A DNA stretch of 64,000 nt from NCBI GenBank assembly GCA_016699695.1, contig CP065006.1, positions 1,392,521-1,456,520 on the forward strand, written 5' to 3'. This document shows, piece after piece, positions 19,403 to 30,700 of this stretch. Each line of letters begins with the position of its first letter. The stretch's first letter is position 1. Under the pieces are notes generated by a model. The model worked only from the letters and a program-made list of their open reading frames with translations, made no database searches and had not been told where the DNA came from. A program made the translations under genes and the position numbers. Origin of the DNA: Bacteroidota bacterium. Lineage in GTDB: Bacteria > Bacteroidota > Bacteroidia > Bacteroidales > UBA10428.

Positions 19403-19972
19403 TTATACCCTTAACGATCCGCGAAAACCCCTTGCACCATAGTAAGATTCTGCTCCATTGTGGTAAACAAACACATGGTTGTAACGTCTATCGCAAAAAA
19501 GAGCGCCTCCAAGTTTTCGAATCTCAGCAGGTGTTGTTACCCAACTCGATGTTTTGGTGTCGAAATTTCCGAGTTGCTGTAACTCCCTGTATTGCTTTTC
19601 TGTAAGTATTTCGATGCCCATTGAAGCTGCCATGTCCATGGCATTGTTCTCAGGCTTGTTTTCTTTTCTTGCTTCCAGCGCCTCGCGGTCGTAACAAATG
19701 CTTCGGCGCCCTTTCGGACTTTCTACCGAGCAATCGTAAAAAATGTATTCGCCGGTTAAGGTATCGAAAGCCACTACGTCCGGCTCCCCACCGGTGGTTT
19801 CCATCGCATAGAGCGACCAGATTTTTTCAGTATCCCCTTCCAGTCTTCTAAGCACATTAACCCATTCTAAGCCTTGATGCCGGTTCATATTTTTCTCAAA
19901 ACGGGCTTTCAATGTGATCAACATTTCTCCCTGTTGCTCCATTGTCAGTTGAATTTTGTGATTCTTTGTCAT
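19403..19972 (-). CDS. DUF4256-like protein
   Basis: 189 aa. The N-terminal pattern LKARFEKNMNRH.GLEW...WSL..ME.TGGEPDVV matches my recollection of the DUF4256 family. Confidence 0.55.
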   Translation of the reverse strand: MTKNHKIQLTMEQQGEMLITLKARFEKNMNRHQGLEWVNVLRRLEGDTEKIWSLYAMETTGGEPDVVAFDTLTGEYIFYDCSVESPKGRRSICYDREALEARKENKPENNAMDMAASMGIEILTEKQYRELQQLGNFDTKTSSWVTTPAEIRKLGGALFCDRRYNHVFVYHNGAESYYGARGFRGSLRV

Positions 19973-20087
19973 GATTTGTTTTTTTGCTATTCACTTCTGT
20001 AGTTAACTGTTTTTTGCTACCCTAGCATGTAGAAAAATTGTTTTGTGGAATTTGCAAATCGTAACCTATCAATCGGTATAACTATAT

Positions 20088-22382
20088 TTAGAACGGGTAT
20101 CCCAAAGAAATGTTCAGGATCAGATTTTCCTTTCGCCAATTGGGATTATCAAAACCAATGTCTTTTACAACCCAGTTGCTGCCGTTTACCTCGTAAGGGA
20201 AACGCAATGGCCAGGCCCAGTCGAAGCGGATGACAAGGGGGTCGAATTTAATCCGTAGCCCCAAACCCGAACTTACTGCCAGTTCATTTAAAAAATCAGA
20301 AGATTGAAACTGGCTACCAGGGCGGGCTTCATCCTCATTGACCAACCAGATATTGCCGGCATCGATAAACATGGCACTGTGCAACACTCCCCATAAAGGA
20401 AAGCGGTATTCAGCGTTTAATTCCAGTTTCAGGTCGCCTGCCTGGTCGATAAAGCCATCCGAATCTGTTTCGGTCTGAAAAGTACCCGGACCCACCGACC
20501 GTGCCTGGAACCCTCTGAGACTGTTCGTGCCTCCCACATAAAACTGCTTGATATAGGGCATTACCACCGAATTGCCATAAGGCAATCCGGCACCGGCATT
20601 GACTCGAAAAGCCAATGAATGCTTAGGCCAAAGACGAATTGTTCGTCGAAAATCCCACACCGTGCGCAGGTATTGGGCATAGGGTAGTGTAAACACCTCG
20701 TATGGGTCTGTCGTAGATGCCGGCTGCTGCTCCACAAGTTGGGTTACAGCGCCAAGCAATAAGCCGGAAAAATCGAGGGTGATACCCATAAAAAAGGGTG
20801 TATTTAACCGATCGGCCGAGGCGCTGTAATAAAAATCGTAATTGGTACCCAGAATAAACTGCTCTTCAAAACTTCTTCGCACCGAAGGATTGCTGTCGAG
20901 GTAATCCTGGAATTGTTCGGTAGTCTCTAACAATTTGCTCAGGTTGATGTCCATTGGACTAACGCGGTGACTAACTTTTTCCGAATGCCGCCAACTATAG
21001 CGCAAGGTCGTATTCCAATTTAGCATTTTATACCATTGTACTCTTTCCTGTAAACCCCAACCCAGGTTGATGCTTGTGCTAGGTAAATTCATGCCTTTCA
21101 CTCTGTGTAGTTTAAAGGGAAACAAGCGTGGAAACTGCAAGCCGGCATCGACTCTTGCCTCGTAAGACGTATTCCCTACAAAGCCCTGCCCAATCTGAGT
21201 TTCGAACCTGCCACTTGTGCTCAGCTGAAACAACTCGGCGTTTTTAAACGCATTACGCTTGGTAAATGCAAGCTGCAAACCCGGACCTGCAAAGTTGTTC
21301 GACTTGATGTTGGCATTTAATTCGCCACTGAAAGACATGTTGCTCAGTGGTTCCAAAAGAATATTGGCGTTAAGACGATCCGAAAGCGAATCGTCTTGTG
21401 TGTAGGTGATGTTGACAAACTTATATACCTGCAAGCTACGTATTTGGTTGAGGGTTTTTAGATGCACGTTACGGTTATAAAGGCTATCAGGGTGCAGGTG
21501 AATGGTGTTGATAACCACTTCTGGATTAATGTGTGGATAAGGCGTAAGGTAATCGATGTTTCCTATTCGTTCTTTATTCCCCACATATCCGGTATCGAGC
21601 CTGAAAAAGTCTTTCACAGTGACTGTGTGAATTTTAAACTTGTTGTAAGCTTCTGCAGGGGTTGTTGGCTTCATGCCCAGAGCAAGGTTAATTTGTTGGG
21701 GTTGAGTGAAGGTGTCGGCCTGAAATTCAAAATAGTCGGGACGGAAATAATAATATCCACTGTTCATTAGTGAAAATGCAATGCGATTTCTCTCTTCAAG
21801 TAGTTGATCGAACTTATAGGGCTGCTTGGTTACGAGCAGGCTTTCTGTATTTAATTGATGCTTAATGGTGGAATCGTGCACAGTACCGGAAGGAAGATAA
21901 CTTTTCTCGCCAATTGCAAACGATGGACCCGTGTAGACATAAAAAATTGCCTGCTTCTGATGGCGGTCCTCCTTGAGTTTATATTCTACCCGGGCATTCA
22001 GGTAGCTTTGATTAAACAAATGCCCCTCGATAGCCTGACGGATCCGTTCTGTTTTCGTATCGCTATAGAGCACTGGGGGAGCGCCCAGTTTATACTTTAG
22101 CCAATGTTTAAATCCTTTTTCTTTTTTGGGTTCTTTGAATGCATTGTAGATACTCAGCCTGGGGCGCATCCAAAACAACTTGTTGTTCTGCTTCACAGTA
22201 GCGAGACGTTTTGCCTGATAGCTGATATCCGAAAAACCCTTTATAGCCTCTTTCTGCTCTATCTTCACCTCTCCATCCCGGGCCAGGAATTCTCCTTCGG
22301 CTAAATGCCGGGTGCCTGTGCAGCCCTCAAGAATCAGAACTACGAGCATTGCAAAAAATTCTATACGCCTATTCCTGTTCAC
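20088..22382 (-). CDS. Omp85-family outer-membrane protein, TamA-like with lipoprotein signal (TamL-type)
   Basis: 764 aa with the lipobox LILEGC. It has a C-terminal Omp85 barrel ending ...ISLGYPF. It overlaps the upstream tamB-like gene by 14 nt. Confidence 0.8.
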   Translation of the reverse strand: MNRNRRIEFFAMLVVLILEGCTGTRHLAEGEFLARDGEVKIEQKEAIKGFSDISYQAKRLATVKQNNKLFWMRPRLSIYNAFKEPKKEKGFKHWLKYKLGAPPVLYSDTKTERIRQAIEGHLFNQSYLNARVEYKLKEDRHQKQAIFYVYTGPSFAIGEKSYLPSGTVHDSTIKHQLNTESLLVTKQPYKFDQLLEERNRIAFSLMNSGYYYFRPDYFEFQADTFTQPQQINLALGMKPTTPAEAYNKFKIHTVTVKDFFRLDTGYVGNKERIGNIDYLTPYPHINPEVVINTIHLHPDSLYNRNVHLKTLNQIRSLQVYKFVNITYTQDDSLSDRLNANILLEPLSNMSFSGELNANIKSNNFAGPGLQLAFTKRNAFKNAELFQLSTSGRFETQIGQGFVGNTSYEARVDAGLQFPRLFPFKLHRVKGMNLPSTSINLGWGLQERVQWYKMLNWNTTLRYSWRHSEKVSHRVSPMDINLSKLLETTEQFQDYLDSNPSVRRSFEEQFILGTNYDFYYSASADRLNTPFFMGITLDFSGLLLGAVTQLVEQQPASTTDPYEVFTLPYAQYLRTVWDFRRTIRLWPKHSLAFRVNAGAGLPYGNSVVMPYIKQFYVGGTNSLRGFQARSVGPGTFQTETDSDGFIDQAGDLKLELNAEYRFPLWGVLHSAMFIDAGNIWLVNEDEARPGSQFQSSDFLNELAVSSGLGLRIKFDPLVIRFDWAWPLRFPYEVNGSNWVVKDIGFDNPNWRKENLILNISLGYPF

Positions 22383-25300
22383 TGTTCTGAGGTGAATTTA
22401 TTTCGACATAATTTTTTCTCTTCCGGCTATCGAAATCTTTCGAATATAAAATTCCGATCCCTGTATTGGTAATATCGCCATCGAACAAATCGTAAATGGC
22501 CAGGTTATAGGCCTTTAGTTTGTAGGTTCCATCCTTGTCGATGTTGTAAAAAAACTTGTAGTCGGTATTGTAGTTCGAACTGCTCTGACCGGGATTGGTA
22601 TTCCCACTCAGGTTGATGCGACTTTCCATCTGCAAGCTTACCCTGTCTTCGAATAGGTTTTTCGATATCCGCACATCCAGGTCGGTGGTGGTCTGTCCTC
22701 CTTTACGAGCATAGTCTTCATATGTATTCAGCCCCATATTCATATCGAAAAACTGAATGTTGTCGGACATGATGTTGTTCATCTGCTGAGAAAGTATACT
22801 GTTTAGGCTGTTACGTGCCGTTGCTGTAGCCACATCCGATGAGCCGGAAGCTCCCGATCCGGCATCCTGGGCAATAAATCCACCGGTAACCAGCAAAGCA
22901 AAAACCTGCATGTTCCGCTCCTGTTCACTTTCAACCCCGGCCAGTTTGTCCAGTTTAGAGGCTATCATAGGCGAATTTTTCTTGTATTCAGCAGGCAGGT
23001 CAAGCGAAAAACTCACATCGGGACTCAATAAAAGACCCGACACATTAAAATACAACTCATAAGGCAGCCTTTGGTTGTAAAGGGCCTTTTCAGCGGACGA
23101 ACTACCTATCGATTCTCCCGACATCAGTGCAAGTGAGTTGGTGCGCACCACATGCATGGCCTTTAAATCGATAGTAGCATTGCTAAATGGCCCGGAAAAA
23201 TAGATAGTACTTTGAGGCACTATGGTAAAGTCTTTCTGAACCATCTGGTAGAACGACATCTGGTAAAGCCCTTCCACAATTTGTATATTTCCGCTCAATT
23301 CAAACAAGCTATTTTGAAGTGTGCGGTATTGAAGTGCCCCGTTTAGTCCAAAGCGGGCAAAATCGCCCGACCGGGGATCGGTGATAATGGTATAGCGGGC
23401 AGCAGGATCGAATGAAAGGACAATGCTTGAAGGCCCAAGGCTAAACTTTGCATCGAGCGAATCGCGCACCTGTTGAAATCCTGAGGCAATAAATGCAGAG
23501 TCGCTAATAGTCTGATCCCTTTCACGAAAGCTTATCACACCCTCATTTCCTGCCTGCAAAGGGTCTTTTTCGGGAAGCAGCAAGGTCAGATTGGTTTCGT
23601 TGTGCACGTTAAGCTTTGCTACAATTTCAGGCAATTTTGGAGACCCTTCGATGCGTAAATCGGCACCGAGTACAAACTTTCCAAAAAGTTTCTTATTAAG
23701 CCCTGCCTGGGTATTCATTAACTGAAAACGATCGGTAAGTAAGCGCAGATTGAGTTTAATGTCAGTATAGTTAGAAGTAAAGATATTCCCCGAGAGGCGC
23801 AGACGATTGCCAGTTTCATCATAAATGTCCAGATCATCAAAATGCATTCCCTGCCTGGAAAATTGAATTTCCTCGTTATCTATTTTGAAATTCATTCCAA
23901 GAGTTGGAATTCTAACCACATTGTTCTTCAGGTGCAGGTTTCCTTTCAGGTTTAAGCCCTCTTCGAGTATTTCAGCTGCCATTTCGCCCAACAAGCCACC
24001 CTGAGTAATGGCGACATTGCTGGAATCGAAAAGCCCGGAATAAAGCGTGACATCTTCAATGGAAATTTTTGCCTGATGCTTTTTTTCAGCAAGGTCACCC
24101 ACCGATCCGGAAAAATTTAAGTAGTCCGATCGATTTAAAATGTCAAGCTGAATTCTTGTGTTTTCTTTCCCAAGTTGATCAATGGCCAGCTTAAGGTTTC
24201 CAATGCTGCGACCTAAAATTCCAATTTCGCTAATAGAAATGACAGAATGAAAAAGCCAGACCTTTTCTGTTTCCAGCCGATAGGCTAACTCACCTGAAAG
24301 TATGCCGGAAGTTAAATAGGGTTTCTCGGCCATGCTAACAAAATTAGTAAGCATGGCAAGGTTCAACTTATTCAGTTTGATTCGAATTTCTAAGGCATTC
24401 TCTTCGAGTTGAATGGATTGATTTTCGAAGGCCAGATTTACACCCCTGGTGCTCCAACGATTAGTTCGATTGTTGTATCTCAGTATTTCTGGTTGGGTGA
24501 TATGCCAGTTTTTGCCGCTTATTTGTATGCTGTCGTTCACCGAAAAGAAGAGTATGCTATCGCGACGGCTCAAATTCAAGGGTAAAATTAATACGGCAGA
24601 ACCTGAATGTCCGGTTACCTGAAAAATACTTTGTAGTTCATTGTCCTTACCCCTGGCTTCTACTTTAATGCCTGAAGTACGCAACTTCTTATAACCTGTT
24701 TCGCCAAGTTCAAACTTGTATTCTGAAAGTGTTGAGTCAATATATACATTCGAACTCACCCGCGCAATAGATAGCCCTTTGTAGGCCAGATAAGGAATGG
24801 AAATATTTGCTTTTAGCAATTCCTGTTGTAAGTGGAAATGAAATTCCGCGGATTCTACGAGCAGAGAATCGAAAAATAGTTCGCTGAGTAAATGCTGCAA
24901 ATTATAAGAATTCTGAACCTGACATTGGAGAATAAGCTGGTCGCCCAAAGTACCTGCCGGCCGTTGAATAGGGTCAATGTGATTTGCCAGAAAGTCTTTT
25001 AAAGTTTTACCTGTTTGATTAAAAGCTATGTTGCTCTCCAATTCAAGCTTTACCCCTTCGCCGGAAAAGCTGCCGGAAAAATAATTGTCAGAAAGGTGCC
25101 CCGCAAGGTTTAGTTGATTGAGCTGATACTCCTTCTCCTTGCTTCGAAACCGAAGGAACTCGCAATTGGCGTTAAAAAGGTTGTGCAGGCTGTCGCTGAT
25201 CCTGATCATCCCGGCGATTTTGGCATCGACCAGACCCTTTTGCTTCAACTCCAAAAATCTTGATACATCGAAGCCCACTATTTCAGTCTGATATACAATA

Positions 25301-27333
25301 GCCAGCTGATCCGGCAAAATCGTGCCCATCGCTTTTGCATTAAGTTGAGTTAGTTCTGATTGATGGTTTAACTCCATCTCAAAATTGCCAGCAGAAAAAT
25401 TTCCTGTCATTAAAACAGTATCGATCAGCAAGGTGTCAATTTCCATTTTGCTTAGACAAAGATCAAGCGTAGCATTAGATATAGAATCCCAACCTAAAAG
25501 ATCAGCCGTAAGAACCATATTGCCGTTCACAGCTAAGGGGGTTTTCCCCTTTAGGTACCGCTCAAGGTGAATTTCATTTAAAGCAATCTGTGTTTCAATC
25601 GATTGGTGCAGACTATCGCCAGAAAGTTGAATGCTACCTTCCGAAAAACCTTGTAAATCGGTAAGGTAAAATTGAACACCCACGGAATCTAACCTGCCAC
25701 CTATTCTCAGTGCGGCTCTGATTTCCGGAATACTGCCTGCCAACGAATCGGCCAAAGTACTTACCATAGGGCTTCCTTCGGTTAAAACAAGCTGAATAGT
25801 ATCGAATAAAAAAGCTGCATTTTCAAGGCTCTGATAGTGCTGAATTGCTCCTTTTGCCTTTAAAGTGAACAGTGAGGTACTGCCTATTTCAAATTCACTT
25901 AATGTCAGGGTTTCTCCACTACCTGAAAGATTTAGTTTCCCAGTAACCACCTCGCCTTTTAACCATGGAAGGGTTTTGGTAAGAGAAGGCATAAAATACC
26001 CCAAGTCAGTTTCGGCAATTTCTCCCTCCGCGAAGAGCTTGTTGAGCTTTAAATTCTTTATATCCGGTTGCTGAAGTGGCAAAAAAACATCCAGTTCAAG
26101 TTTAATATTGCTCCGGCCAGTAGACAGTTTATGCACCTCTACTCTACCCATGTTTTTATGAATGGCGGCATCGATACTGGCATTCAGAAGCCTGAATCCA
26201 TCGGCATTGTGGCATGTTAATCCACTTATCTGCGCAACAATGCCTGTATCGCGTACACTTGCTTTACGGATATCGAAATCGATGCCCTCGAAAGAAAAAT
26301 TCTGTGGAGAAAAGCTGCTTGTATTCGCTTCTTTTTCTTCGAGTAACAGGGACACCTGGTTGTTTTTTCCTTTAAGTCGACCCGCCTCTATGGTCCAACC
26401 GCCAGAAAAGCTAATCTCACGAGGGGATTCGGTCGGGTTAAGCTCCATTTTCTGTTCAACCTCACCTGCCAAAAGGTCGTTCAACATAAAACTCCCTTCG
26501 TAAAGCGAAATTGACTTCACTTTAATGTTGCGTTCGTCGATATCGACAGATGCTTTGTTCCCGCTAAGCTTTGTTAGCCCGGCTGAAAGACTGCTCTTAT
26601 CTCGATTATCCAACATATTAAAGTGTACATTGCTTAGCAGCATATTCCCAACCTGTATTTGAGGCGCTTTCTTTTCGATATTGTTTTCCTCTGGTTTGCG
26701 ATTCACCAATGGATAGTCCTGAACAAGACGCACTTCTGTATCTTTTAGCTCCATTTTATCCAACAGCAGGCTTAAGGCATTCAGGTTGCTACCATGCAGG
26801 TCGACAGAGAAATTTCCCAGTTTGATGTCGAGATATACCGCCGATACACTGTCGTGATAGCGAAAGTCAATGTTTTTCAATTCGATGTGGCCAATGTCGA
26901 TGACCATCTTTTGTTTGGTCTGCTTTTTTACCGCTTTGGGTTTTGATTTCATCAACCCGGCAATATTCAGGCTGTTGTCTTTCAATCGATAAAGCTGAGC
27001 CCTGGTGCCTTTCAAAGACAAGCTTTTAATTGCCAGTTCTTTTCTGAGTAGTGAAATAAAACCAACACGGGCAGCGAATTTTTCTACGAAAGCAATTTCA
27101 TTGAACCTATCATCAGCAATGCTTAAATGATAAACAGATACCTTCCCATTCAGGCCTATTTTCAGTCGTTCGAACTCCACCGAATTAATTCCCCTTTGCA
27201 GCAATACCTTATCAATCACAAGCTCTGCAAACTGCCGCTGAACCGGAGCCAGCTGAACAAGGCCAAAAAGAAATAACACAAGAAGCAGCAAGAAATAAAA
27301 AGAATACTTTGCTATTTTGAAAAATCTCCTCAT
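22369..27333 (-). CDS. tamB: translocation and assembly module protein TamB-like
   Basis: 1654 aa with an N-terminal TM anchor (YSFYFLLLLVLFLFGLV), a very long beta-rich body and a TamB/DUF490-like C-terminus. It is coupled to the Omp85 gene. Confidence 0.8.
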   Translation of the reverse strand: MRRFFKIAKYSFYFLLLLVLFLFGLVQLAPVQRQFAELVIDKVLLQRGINSVEFERLKIGLNGKVSVYHLSIADDRFNEIAFVEKFAARVGFISLLRKELAIKSLSLKGTRAQLYRLKDNSLNIAGLMKSKPKAVKKQTKQKMVIDIGHIELKNIDFRYHDSVSAVYLDIKLGNFSVDLHGSNLNALSLLLDKMELKDTEVRLVQDYPLVNRKPEENNIEKKAPQIQVGNMLLSNVHFNMLDNRDKSSLSAGLTKLSGNKASVDIDERNIKVKSISLYEGSFMLNDLLAGEVEQKMELNPTESPREISFSGGWTIEAGRLKGKNNQVSLLLEEKEANTSSFSPQNFSFEGIDFDIRKASVRDTGIVAQISGLTCHNADGFRLLNASIDAAIHKNMGRVEVHKLSTGRSNIKLELDVFLPLQQPDIKNLKLNKLFAEGEIAETDLGYFMPSLTKTLPWLKGEVVTGKLNLSGSGETLTLSEFEIGSTSLFTLKAKGAIQHYQSLENAAFLFDTIQLVLTEGSPMVSTLADSLAGSIPEIRAALRIGGRLDSVGVQFYLTDLQGFSEGSIQLSGDSLHQSIETQIALNEIHLERYLKGKTPLAVNGNMVLTADLLGWDSISNATLDLCLSKMEIDTLLIDTVLMTGNFSAGNFEMELNHQSELTQLNAKAMGTILPDQLAIVYQTEIVGFDVSRFLELKQKGLVDAKIAGMIRISDSLHNLFNANCEFLRFRSKEKEYQLNQLNLAGHLSDNYFSGSFSGEGVKLELESNIAFNQTGKTLKDFLANHIDPIQRPAGTLGDQLILQCQVQNSYNLQHLLSELFFDSLLVESAEFHFHLQQELLKANISIPYLAYKGLSIARVSSNVYIDSTLSEYKFELGETGYKKLRTSGIKVEARGKDNELQSIFQVTGHSGSAVLILPLNLSRRDSILFFSVNDSIQISGKNWHITQPEILRYNNRTNRWSTRGVNLAFENQSIQLEENALEIRIKLNKLNLAMLTNFVSMAEKPYLTSGILSGELAYRLETEKVWLFHSVISISEIGILGRSIGNLKLAIDQLGKENTRIQLDILNRSDYLNFSGSVGDLAEKKHQAKISIEDVTLYSGLFDSSNVAITQGGLLGEMAAEILEEGLNLKGNLHLKNNVVRIPTLGMNFKIDNEEIQFSRQGMHFDDLDIYDETGNRLRLSGNIFTSNYTDIKLNLRLLTDRFQLMNTQAGLNKKLFGKFVLGADLRIEGSPKLPEIVAKLNVHNETNLTLLLPEKDPLQAGNEGVISFRERDQTISDSAFIASGFQQVRDSLDAKFSLGPSSIVLSFDPAARYTIITDPRSGDFARFGLNGALQYRTLQNSLFELSGNIQIVEGLYQMSFYQMVQKDFTIVPQSTIYFSGPFSNATIDLKAMHVVRTNSLALMSGESIGSSSAEKALYNQRLPYELYFNVSGLLLSPDVSFSLDLPAEYKKNSPMIASKLDKLAGVESEQERNMQVFALLVTGGFIAQDAGSGASGSSDVATATARNSLNSILSQQMNNIMSDNIQFFDMNMGLNTYEDYARKGGQTTTDLDVRISKNLFEDRVSLQMESRINLSGNTNPGQSSSNYNTDYKFFYNIDKDGTYKLKAYNLAIYDLFDGDITNTGIGILYSKDFDSRKRKNYVEINSPQNSEQE

Positions 27334-27780
27334 CAGGGGTTTATTACTTTTTTTCAGGCTATATGGGTAAAGTTAGCAATTAAGCGGGCATACATCGAAG
27401 AGAATTATTCACGCATGAAGATATCCTGAAAAATCATGTCGTTGAGTAATCATAAAAATACTTTTTAAGTAGAAACAACAATTTTACTTTTGCTTACGTT
27501 AAAAATATACACTCCCAAACCTACAAACATGTTATTACTAAAACCTCCTAAAACAACTCAGAAAGTCATTATCCCGCAAAAAATCAAGGACTTTCATTTT
27601 TCCTTTTCAACCTAAAAACTTACTTGTCAATCGATTTTCGAAATTACAAGACAGAATATTCTTGGTTAATTTTAACCTCGGAAATAGGCTGAAATGTAAT
27701 TGTAAGGGCTAACCTTTACGAATCGAAATTGTATTTATGATAAGTCCTAAACCTATGCCTTTTCCATAAACCTAAACTAA

Positions 27781-30700
27781 ATGCCCATCCTACCTCAACT
27801 CCGTGCTAAAAGCAAAGCACTTTTTGTTTCAATTTCCTTAATCCTTAATCTAATCCCAGGCTCTTCGCAGCAATGCATCGATTTGGGAACAGGTATATCT
27901 ATGTCGAACGAAGAATATGCGCTGATAGATTTCTTTAAAAACGGTGGTCGCTGGGAGCCCATTGGCGACAATGGCCATCCCTGGTACAAAGTATACAGTC
28001 TCGATACTTTTAAGGTAGTGAATGGCGCCTATTGGCACTGGGATGCAGACTGGAGCGGTACTGTAAACAACGAAGCCTGGGGTGAAAATTGGGCAGACTG
28101 TTATATATCGTATTACGATATGATGATTGATCAGGGACTTTTTACTCCTGAAGGTTACCCGGTTCAATTTCCCCTTACGGTATATAAATACCGGCCTAAA
28201 TCAGAAAATGCTTCCCAACCAATTGATCCGGGCAAGCCTGTTGCCATCAATCAAATATCCCGTCGTATTTATTTTCCGGGCGACTTGCCCCGAAATGGAT
28301 GGGTGATGAAATGGGAAGGCAGTGGACGTATCAGCTTCCAGGGTATGGAGAATGTGGTGGCAGATGCAGGGACTACAGCTACACAATATGGAGAAAGCTG
28401 GAGACCGGTTGGTTCTGGATTTTGTGGATACGATTATGCCTTCGAAACTACCGATGGTGGCAGAATTGAAACCGACCTGCATTGGATGGTTCATGGTTGG
28501 GTGTTATATATTCTTGAGTCAGATCCGGCCGACCCGATACGCAACATCGTGTTCCTCTACCCGGGTTTGGAAGATGCCTATGATGCCGGACAAAAGTTTA
28601 ATCCTTTGTACCTCGAGCGCATGCAGCAATTCAGCTCACTCAGGTTTATGGAATATAACAACGCCAACAACATAGAATGCAGAACATTAATGCCTTCTTC
28701 CAATCCGTTTTATCAAAGCCACATGCTTGAATGGATGCGCTGGAATGAGCGAACACCCGAAAACTGGTACGAATTGAACAATCATAGCGGAGGCAATTAC
28801 GAATACATTATCGAGTTGGCAAACCTTACTGGCATTGACCCCTGGGTGAATATCCCCTATTGTGCAGATGAAGCCTATGTGGAACAACTGGTAAACCTTT
28901 TTATGGACCGGCTGAACCCCGACCTCACACTCTATCTTGAAGTAGGGAACGAAATGTGGAACTTTGCACAAGGCTTTTCTGGCTTTCACTGGCAGGCAGC
29001 TAAAAGGGTAACAGAATATCCGGGGTTGGGCGATGTAGAAGCCCGGGGCGCACACATTAACCGGATATTTGGCCGGGTAACCAGCGTGGCCGGACCCAGA
29101 AACCTGCCGCGGATTAAAAGGGTGTATGGGGCCTTTCCGCGGTATACAGATGTAAACAGCCGTACCCTTCACCTGGTTGATCCGGAAAATTGGGATGCAC
29201 TGGCCACAACCTGGTATTTTGGCCTCACTCAAGACAACAACAGCAGCAACTCCTGCCGCGATGAGGCAAGTGGAACCAACTGGCGTTCTGTTTTGTACAA
29301 CTGGTTTCTGTCCAACGAGGGCGACCAGGCCGGTTTTAACCAGATGTACCGCAATTGTGTGTTGAACGAATTCAGGTGCAATGGCGGGTATGCGAATAAC
29401 TCCGATGTGTTGCTATCGAAATATTTCAACAAAGACATTATCTGCTACGAAGGAGGAAACCATACTTTTTACGGATGCGAAAATGGACCAACAGGGGGAC
29501 AGTTGCCAGGCGAACGTGATTTCGACAGTCCTACTTATCCCGATTATATAACCGATAATTCCTTCATCAATGCTGTATGCCTGGCCGATCAGTCGGAAGA
29601 AATGGCCGATATCTACAACGAAATTATCGATAGTCTTCAGTCAGCCGGTGTGCGGTTAGCCAACCACCTTTCTTTTGCCGGGCGCTCATCGTGCTATGGG
29701 GTGTGGTCCTTTATTCAACCCCGCGATATGGATGAATCTTTAACCTATCTGCTGGCTCATTACCCAAAATTCAGAACTTTTTCAGAACGCATTGCTTCCG
29801 ACAACTGCGATGCGCTAGAAGTAATTCTCGACACCAACCTTGTAGGGCCTGGTTTAGCCATTCTGCTCGATGGACTGGACGATTACATTGAGGGGCAGGA
29901 TAATTTCGTGCCTGACGAATCGGGCAATTACACGGCCGAAGCCTGGTTCAATCCTATCTTTACTAACACCGAACAGGTAGTGCTCTCATTTAGTAACGAG
30001 GGCGCAAATGATTATTATAACCATGTTGTGGTACGGGCCGATGGCCGTCTGGTTTGGGACATTGGAAACAATTCTGTCAGTATGGCCAAACTAATTGGCC
30101 CTGCACTATCAGCCGAGAAATGGAATCACGTGGCGGTTGTAAAAAATGGAACTCGCTACACCCTTTACCTTAACGGCTTTGATGTGGCAAGCAGCAATTT
30201 CTCACTTTCCCCGGTAACACGCACCAATTTCACAATAGGTGCCTCCGTAAGCAATTTGGTTCCTACTAATAATTTTACAGGCTATATCGACGAGGTACGT
30301 CTCTGGAATAGTGCCAGATCGATTGGCGACCTCAGGGAATTTATGTGTAAAAAAATAAACTCAACCATACCTTCCTATTCAAGTCTGCGCGCTTATTACC
30401 GCTTCGACATGCCTGATTATGTTACTTTCAGGGTTTATGATCAGACCACCCAAACTGCCAACGGACTTTTGCACAATATAACCATTACCGACCGCTCGCG
30501 CTATGCCATATCAGGTGCCCCTCTGGGCGATTATAGCCGCTTTCGATACGAAGGCAATTGGAATGGTGTTTCATTAAGTATTGCCCATCCGCAGGGAGAC
30601 TTACTCGCCGTTTCGAACATTGGAGAAGGATCTCCCAACGGGGTGCATTTGTACATCATCGAAGGGGAGTCTCATTACAACAATCCGCCATTATACTACG

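Noticed and set aside
27334-27780. Functional coupling of TamB/TamL with the divergent giant T9SS cargo through a shared 447-bp control region.
   Set aside because: Only adjacency supports it. I found no shared operator-like repeat in the region, and T9SS cargo export is not known to need TAM.
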